Below are positions 14,598-20,268 of a stretch of DNA of 20,268 bases, in pieces (position 1 is the first letter of the stretch; every line of letters begins with the position of its first letter). The stretch is from the IMG/VR virus record IMGVR_UViG_3300009124_000004; one strand, 5' to 3'. Made by a program: the position numbers and the translations under genes. The stretch is from a virus. The notes under the pieces are model-generated. The model saw nothing but the letters and a program-made list of their open reading frames with translations. It had not been told where the DNA came from and did not search any database.

Positions 14598-17243
14598 TTA
14601 ACTTCCTGGTTGTTGTGGTGCTCTTCTGCCTGATGGAGTAGGAGTTACAGGCATTTCTGGTTTAACTTGTGGTGCTGGTGGTGGGAACATCTGAGGGAGA
14701 AGTTGTTGGAGGATATTCCTTTTAGGAGCAGCACCTGGTGGTGTTTGATCTCTTCCAGTTTTTGTCTGACTAGCATACCAATCTAGATCTGCTTGATTTG
14801 GAGTTAATCCAGAAACTTTCTTTGGGGTTTGCATAGTAGCACCCAGAGAAAGCAGATCTTTATTTCCTGCGGTATTGAATACGTGATTTCCAAGTTGTAC
14901 ATTATTTACATTCTGTGAAGCATCATTAAATGCATCACCAGTTCTAAATCCAGTGGATGCCATAACTTTATTAATTTGATCTTCACTCATACCTTCTGCC
15001 TTTAACGCCGCACGCATTCCACCACCATCTCTTGCAAGAGATAGTGCTTCCTTTGCCCTCTTTCTTTCTGCATCAGATAAATTTCTATTCAGTTTTCCTT
15101 CTCTTACTGGTTGATATTGATTTTCAGCATCAATAACATCTTTTACACTACCACTATCTGCCAAAAATGTACCAGCACCGACTTTGCCACTTTGAATAAG
15201 TCCTGCCCTGTTCATTACAGATTTTGCAACTGCTGCCATTCCTAACTTACCTTCACCACCCGCCTCTGCAATCATTAAACGAAGTAAGTATTCTTCTTCA
15301 TCATCAGTTACACTTACGTCTCCACCGTTTCCACCGCCTCCTCCAGAGGTAGATGGAGTATTAGGCATCTCTGCTGCATTTGCTGATCCACCAAGTAAAC
15401 TATTGAGAATGCCTTCAATAAACTTTTTAACCTTTTCAAAAACATCAGTAGTTTTACCAAGTTGCAGATTCATACCACTGAGTCCAGATGATTTAGCAAC
15501 TTCATTATAAATGTTTTTGATAAATTGCTTTCCAGAATCTGGCAAAAATGCAGAGAATGGGGAAAGAATACTGTTAGCAAAAGAAAGAACTCCAGCAGCA
15601 GCAACCTTTTGAGGTAAAGTGATTGCAGAAGAAAGTGGTTTAGTTAATCTTTTTACTACTGGATTCTTAATAGGTGGTGCAGAAATAGGTCTAAGCGGTT
15701 TGTGCTTACCCTTCACAAATTTACCACCTACTGCTGCTGCCCTTAAAGGCATTGGTTGTGGTCCTCGATAGTCAGCATCACCAGGAATACTAGTATCTCT
15801 TAATGGGACAGGGGTAGGTGTAGGTGCCTGGGGAGTAGGTGCAGCAGGAGCAGGTGCAGCAGGAGTAGGTGATGAAGGCGTAGGAACTGGATCAGGTGTT
15901 CCAAGTCCCCCAGATTGGTCTGCAATACTTGTTGGTTCCTCAGGAACTGGTTCTGCTTCTAACGGTGGTTCTTCATCTAAATCCTTTTTAATTTCATTAG
16001 GAAATAAATCTAAGAAATCCCACCATTGATTATCACCTTCATTCTCCCTATCTCTTTGTAAGAAAGGTCTCAATCCCTCAATAACCAACGGAAGAGTCAT
16101 CATGATGGCACCACCAATTAAACCATCAATCAAACTCTTTTTGAGCATTCCTGGTTTCTTTTTCTTTTTATCTTCTAAAGGATTTAGTTTAGAAGTATCA
16201 TCTCCACCTGAACCTTTTTCAATTTGCTTTTCTCTTAACTTTGCCTCAAGAGATGCAGTCAAACGCTTGTCAATCTTTTTCTTAAAGGCAAATCTTTCTT
16301 TAGTAACTTTGTAAAGATCAAATAACGCCTCTCTAGTTTCAACTACGTTTGTCATAATTTCAGTAAGAGATGCACCAACACCCATCTCTTTAGCATCCAT
16401 TCTAGCACTCTTTCTTTGAAGTGCTTTTTTGCCTTTAGTTTTTCTCCTCTTAGTTTTAGTAGGTTGTGGAAGAGGATCACTTTTAACTTGTTGGATCAAC
16501 TCATCTAACTTTGTTCCAAGTTGATCATTGACTTCAGATTCCCAGGAATCATCATCCGAAGAACTTGATTTCTTAGGTGGTTCCTTTGGACCCTGCATAG
16601 GTTTTGGACCCTGCATTGGATTTGGTCCAATTGGTTTTTTATACTGCTGTTTTGGGGGTTCTTTTGGACCAATCGCTTCTGGATATTGATCGTATCCAGC
16701 AATTCTCTGTTTTACCTTTTCTGCTTCCTGCCTCTTAAATTCTTCAAATGCCTGCTTCTGCTGTGCGATTAATTCATCGACAGCATCCATAATCTTATCA
16801 GATGTTTCTTCTAAAGCATCTTCAAGTTTTTGTTCTTGTGCTTTTGAGAATTCTTTCTTATCATCTACAAACTTATCTGCTGCTTTGTAAACAGTAGTTT
16901 TACCTTCTGGTGTCTTACCTACATCTTTATCATCAATTAATTCAGATCCCTTTGGTTTGGATCCAAGATACTCAGATACAACCCAAGTTTGGTAGTTATA
17001 CAGAGCTTCTGGATCAGCTTGATTCATTTGAGGATACCCTCTGGGATCCTTCTTCATATTAGCAATAATCTTATCTGCCTCAGCGCCAGAGACATTAACC
17101 ATGGAAAAGTATGAGGTGCCCGATGCATCTCTTCCACCAGTAAGTTTTGCTTTAAATCTATCCCAATGAGCAGCACTAATCTTCGCTTTATACCAAGGTT
17201 GTTGTGGATCTAGAGTCCCTGCTGGTGGTAATGAATTATACAT
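14598..17243 (-). CDS. Tail/baseplate-associated protein with SleB/CwlJ-type (Hydrolase_2) cell-wall hydrolase domain (881 aa)
   Basis: YLLRLMIAEAGGEGKLGMAAVAKSVMNR...SVKDVIDAENQYQPV...QLGNHVF at about 14875-15300. Upstream coiled-coil, a hydrophobic segment (LIGGAIMMTLPLVI) and Pro-rich linkers. Confidence 0.85.
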   Translation of the reverse strand: MYNSLPPAGTLDPQQPWYKAKISAAHWDRFKAKLTGGRDASGTSYFSMVNVSGAEADKIIANMKKDPRGYPQMNQADPEALYNYQTWVVSEYLGSKPKGSELIDDKDVGKTPEGKTTVYKAADKFVDDKKEFSKAQEQKLEDALEETSDKIMDAVDELIAQQKQAFEEFKRQEAEKVKQRIAGYDQYPEAIGPKEPPKQQYKKPIGPNPMQGPKPMQGPKEPPKKSSSSDDDSWESEVNDQLGTKLDELIQQVKSDPLPQPTKTKRRKTKGKKALQRKSARMDAKEMGVGASLTEIMTNVVETREALFDLYKVTKERFAFKKKIDKRLTASLEAKLREKQIEKGSGGDDTSKLNPLEDKKKKKPGMLKKSLIDGLIGGAIMMTLPLVIEGLRPFLQRDRENEGDNQWWDFLDLFPNEIKKDLDEEPPLEAEPVPEEPTSIADQSGGLGTPDPVPTPSSPTPAAPAPAAPTPQAPTPTPVPLRDTSIPGDADYRGPQPMPLRAAAVGGKFVKGKHKPLRPISAPPIKNPVVKRLTKPLSSAITLPQKVAAAGVLSFANSILSPFSAFLPDSGKQFIKNIYNEVAKSSGLSGMNLQLGKTTDVFEKVKKFIEGILNSLLGGSANAAEMPNTPSTSGGGGGNGGDVSVTDDEEEYLLRLMIAEAGGEGKLGMAAVAKSVMNRAGLIQSGKVGAGTFLADSGSVKDVIDAENQYQPVREGKLNRNLSDAERKRAKEALSLARDGGGMRAALKAEGMSEDQINKVMASTGFRTGDAFNDASQNVNNVQLGNHVFNTAGNKDLLSLGATMQTPKKVSGLTPNQADLDWYASQTKTGRDQTPPGAAPKRNILQQLLPQMFPPPAPQVKPEMPVTPTPSGRRAPQQPGS
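16585..16616. repeat. Tandem 18-nt-period coding repeat (PMQGPK)
   Basis: TTTGGACCCTGCAT at 16585-16598 and 16603-16616. Confidence 0.85.
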
Positions 17244-17249
17244 GACTTA

Positions 17250-20075
17250 TTAGTTACCTATTACGCTTGCATGACCCCATGCTGGACTATGGGTTCTACC
17301 AGATGCTAAAGAAAGACCGCCAAATGGAATGGGCATTGGAATGAGTTGTGGCGCTGATTGTGATGGTTGGGATGCTTTTCTTGACAGGAAATCCATAAAC
17401 ATACCTTCTTCCGCAGCAACGTTAGGATCTTCACCTACTGTAGTATCTTTATTTATTGGAGTCGCTGGAGTTGATGCTGCTGTATGTTGCGCTTGTGCCC
17501 TTGCTGCAGTAAGAGGTGCAGAAAGTTTATTCTTTGCATTTCTTACATATGAAGTTGGATCAACAATTTTTCCATCTTGATATACCTCAAAGTGTAAGTG
17601 AGTTTGTTCTCCACCGCTACTACTATAGTACTTGTATAATTTTCCAACTTCTTGACCACCATACACTTTTTTCCCAACTCTAACATTTGAAGATGGGGTG
17701 ATGTGCAAATATCTCGTTGATAATCCATTTCCATGATCAACCATCACTTCTCCATATGGGTAAACATTACTCGCTTGAGCAACAGTTACTGTTCCTGTTT
17801 TATATGCAACTACTGGTGCTCTAGAATCTGCTCTTGAGTGTTCTGTAATATCAATACCTAAATGTTTTCTACCCCCACGTGCAGCAGTATCACCAAATGA
17901 TTGGGCAGAAGTTCTACCACCAGCAGCGTCAGCACTAGCAAGTGGCATAAAAGTATCACCACTAATTGATCCAGTATAAGGATCAACTGCCGCTGGTGGT
18001 CCACTTGCTGCTTGTGCTGGTCCACCCAAAAAGAAATTAGTAACACCTTCAGCAAGTCCCATGGCACCACGCACTAATGGATTCTCTAAAACATTTTTCT
18101 TAATCCAATCAAAGATTTTCTTAATTGGTTCTAAAATACTTTCAAATCCTTCGGTAAGGAATTTTATAACTTTATTAACAATATCACCAATCTTACTTCC
18201 GACTGGTTGTATGCCTCTAATATTATTCCCCTTCTGTACTGGTAAATCTTTAACTTCAGATAATTCTCTGATAGATGCTTTCGCCTTGCTACCAATTCCA
18301 GTTTTATCCAGATATTCTTGAACCGAGGAAATTAATTGCCCACTTCCAAAATTCAAGAACTCAAGTGCAGTGTCAGATCCTAAGAAGTATGCAAGTTTAC
18401 TTTTTGGAACGATGAATTCCTCCTCACCCCCATCTCCGACAATAACCATTTGTGGAGTATTGCCAGTTTCCATGCCCTCTGCTGCTGCAGCAAACCCAGC
18501 ACCAAATCCAGCATCATTTATGCCAGTACCATAATCTTGGTATCCCTTAACTGTAGCATCATATGTTTCTTTAATACCCTCATTTCTCTCTTCTTTTGTC
18601 TTGCCTGTCATTTGAGAGACAATACTTTCCCAGGATTCTGGAAACAATTCTCTTAAAATATCAACAACAACAGCAACTAATCCTATAAATGGAATAGCAC
18701 CCAATGCAGACAACGCTGCACCTTCATAATCACCCTTACTCCAACGTTCTACCATTTCCCAAAGAGAAAGAACAGTACCAAGACCAACAACTAATCTAGT
18801 AAGAATTTTCTTAAGTGCTAATTTCCCACCCTTTTTAATTAAAATCTCTGTTACTTTTCTACCAATTCTACTTTCTATTGCTTCTCTAAACCACTTTGTT
18901 CCTGCTAACCAAGTAATAAAATCATCATATAATTTTTGTGCAGCACCTTTTAATTTATTAAATGCTGCATTTGCACCCTCTTTGATTTTTGCATAAGTTT
19001 GTGGATCAGTAAGAACTGCTTTCCACTTTGACCACCTAGAAGCAATTGCTTCTCCAATCTGTTGACCACCCTTAACAGCAGATTGAATGCCCCCCATGAC
19101 ACCCATTCTTGCTTTATTTAATTTTTGACCAATACCTGAAAATCTATTAAGAAATCCAAATCTATTCCCTCCCCCTGGGACAGGTGGTTTACCACTTGCT
19201 TGGGAGATCATTTCTCGTGAGAAATTATATACTGACCTAGCAGTATCCCATCCCTCACTTACAATTTTCTTACCTTGATTAACCTTCTGACCAACAAACT
19301 CTCTACCTGCCCTAACTCCAGGTTCAGCAAACTGCCTTACTTTAGTAGCACCAAAAGTAACTGCATCTTTTGCTTTTGTAAGTGCCTGTTGAGTTTGTAG
19401 TAATGCCTTCTTTGGATTCTTAACTACAGTTTCAGCAAATCTTTTAGCTTGCCTAAAAGGTCTTGTTAAATTTCTTTGAGCACGTCGAAACCTTACCCCA
19501 ATGTTTCTCTTGATTGGAGCAATAAACCTTCTAGCTTGTCTAAGGGGTTTAGTGAAGTTTCTCCACTGCCTTTTTATATTAACATTTACTCTTCTCTTAA
19601 AAGCATTAATTCTTCTTCTCAGCAATCTTAACCGAGAACGTACTGATTTAGGAACTAATTTCTTATAAAGTTTCTTTAATGTCTTCTTTACAAGATTCCT
19701 TAATTTATTTAAAAGATTTTTAAACCAAGGAGAGTTCTTTTTAGATAATTCCTCTTCTTCTCTCTTTTCCTGAGAGTTATTACCCTTTTGCTCAGAAGTT
19801 TCATCCTTGTCTAATAATGATTTAAGTCGAGATAACCTCTCCTTTTCATACTTCTGTATTTTCTTTGCAAGTTTTAAGTTTAAAACTGCAGTATTTCTAA
19901 GACGAAGTGTTTCCTTTACAAGAGTCCCTGCTTTAGGTTTCGATTCTTTTTTAGGATCCTTTTTTAAATCTGGAGCAGTTGTCTTCGTCCCTCTCAAAGC
20001 GGCAACAGGATTCGCACCATACACCGAAAGTATGGCATCATTATATTCAGTTAATCCTATTTGCTTTGATTTCAT
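17250..20075 (-). CDS. Tape-measure/hub-like protein with C-terminal M23 metallopeptidase (941 aa)
   Basis: Start moved to ATG 20075 (TAATG coupling with the gp51 stop). M23 zinc motifs HLGID (HxxxD) and HLH in THLHFEVYQDGKIVDP, plus YGEVMVDHGNGLSTRYLH; tape-measure-like IVGDGGEEEFIVP; hydrophobic hairpin around GDYEGAALSALGAIPFIG. Confidence 0.85.
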   Translation of the reverse strand: MKSKQIGLTEYNDAILSVYGANPVAALRGTKTTAPDLKKDPKKESKPKAGTLVKETLRLRNTAVLNLKLAKKIQKYEKERLSRLKSLLDKDETSEQKGNNSQEKREEEELSKKNSPWFKNLLNKLRNLVKKTLKKLYKKLVPKSVRSRLRLLRRRINAFKRRVNVNIKRQWRNFTKPLRQARRFIAPIKRNIGVRFRRAQRNLTRPFRQAKRFAETVVKNPKKALLQTQQALTKAKDAVTFGATKVRQFAEPGVRAGREFVGQKVNQGKKIVSEGWDTARSVYNFSREMISQASGKPPVPGGGNRFGFLNRFSGIGQKLNKARMGVMGGIQSAVKGGQQIGEAIASRWSKWKAVLTDPQTYAKIKEGANAAFNKLKGAAQKLYDDFITWLAGTKWFREAIESRIGRKVTEILIKKGGKLALKKILTRLVVGLGTVLSLWEMVERWSKGDYEGAALSALGAIPFIGLVAVVVDILRELFPESWESIVSQMTGKTKEERNEGIKETYDATVKGYQDYGTGINDAGFGAGFAAAAEGMETGNTPQMVIVGDGGEEEFIVPKSKLAYFLGSDTALEFLNFGSGQLISSVQEYLDKTGIGSKAKASIRELSEVKDLPVQKGNNIRGIQPVGSKIGDIVNKVIKFLTEGFESILEPIKKIFDWIKKNVLENPLVRGAMGLAEGVTNFFLGGPAQAASGPPAAVDPYTGSISGDTFMPLASADAAGGRTSAQSFGDTAARGGRKHLGIDITEHSRADSRAPVVAYKTGTVTVAQASNVYPYGEVMVDHGNGLSTRYLHITPSSNVRVGKKVYGGQEVGKLYKYYSSSGGEQTHLHFEVYQDGKIVDPTSYVRNAKNKLSAPLTAARAQAQHTAASTPATPINKDTTVGEDPNVAAEEGMFMDFLSRKASQPSQSAPQLIPMPIPFGGLSLASGRTHSPAWGHASVIGN

Positions 20076-20260
20076 TAACTTTGGTGTTTTTGCTGTTCGA
20101 TTCTTTGTCTTTCCTCTTCCAGATACTGTTTCAATAATGCAATGTAAATGTCTTTCTCCCAAGGAATCAGACCATCAAGTTCAGTTAAACTGTACTTATG
20201 ATGTTGCATTAATGAAAAATTAGTTCTGTAATAATTCTCTAAGGAATTATGGAAGAGGCT
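20075..20260 (-). CDS. gp51: Baseplate hub assembly catalyst gp51 (5' end possibly truncated)
   Basis: Not in the ORF track. Hand translation SLFHNSLENYYRTNFSLMQHHKYSLTELDGLIPWEKDIYIALLKQYLEEERQRIEQQKHQS* carries the gp51 signature NFxLMQHHKYSL...PWE. Confidence 0.88.
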   Translation of the reverse strand, partial: SLFHNSLENYYRTNFSLMQHHKYSLTELDGLIPWEKDIYIALLKQYLEEERQRIEQQKHQS

Positions 20261-20268
20261 CTGTCTCT
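20261..20268 (+). other. Probable Nextera/Tn5 adapter remnant
   Basis: The window ends in CTGTCTCT, the first 8 nt of the mosaic-end read-through CTGTCTCTTATACACATCT. Confidence 0.6.

Noticed and set aside
17450-17457. AATAAATA late-promoter-like sequence inside the M23 gene
   Set aside because: Imperfect match within coding sequence about 200 nt from the next start; expected by chance in AT-rich DNA.
20076-20162. TTG start for the 970-aa ORF
   Set aside because: It overlaps gp51; ATG 20075 is coupled to the gp51 stop (TAATG).
1-20268. CRISPR array, diversity-generating retroelement, integrase or alternative genetic code
   Set aside because: No repeat-spacer array, reverse transcriptase, template/variable repeat pair or recombinase was seen by eye, and genes are full length in the standard code with TAA, TAG and TGA all used as stops.

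Overview
A roughly 20 kb segment of a T4-like cyanophage (cyanomyovirus, probably infecting marine Synechococcus/Prochlorococcus). All credible genes are on the minus strand. Reading in transcription order (right to left), it begins with a late baseplate module: the end of gp51, two large tape-measure/hub-like proteins carrying peptidoglycan hydrolase domains (M23 peptidase; SleB/Hydrolase_2), a gp27-like hub, the auxiliary metabolic gene cp12, and gp5 split into an OB-fold gene and a beta-helix gene. Next is an island driven by a sigma70-type promoter, containing four tRNAs (Leu-TAA, Thr-TGT, Ala-TGC, Asn-GTT), small ORFs, a restriction-endonuclease-like PD-(D/E)XK protein, a Phd/YefM-like protein and a highly structured tRNA spacer. 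Last are two fibre/tailspike genes behind T4-type late promoters; the final one runs off the left edge and was missed by the ORF track. The most striking observations are a phycobiliprotein-like segment inside the 1768-aa virion protein, a shared LGGxAxAA delimiter in front of both hydrolase domains, the nuclease and structured RNA in the tRNA cluster, and a tailspike beta-helix cap motif split by about 300 aa. All family assignments come from motif recognition by eye; no searches were run.
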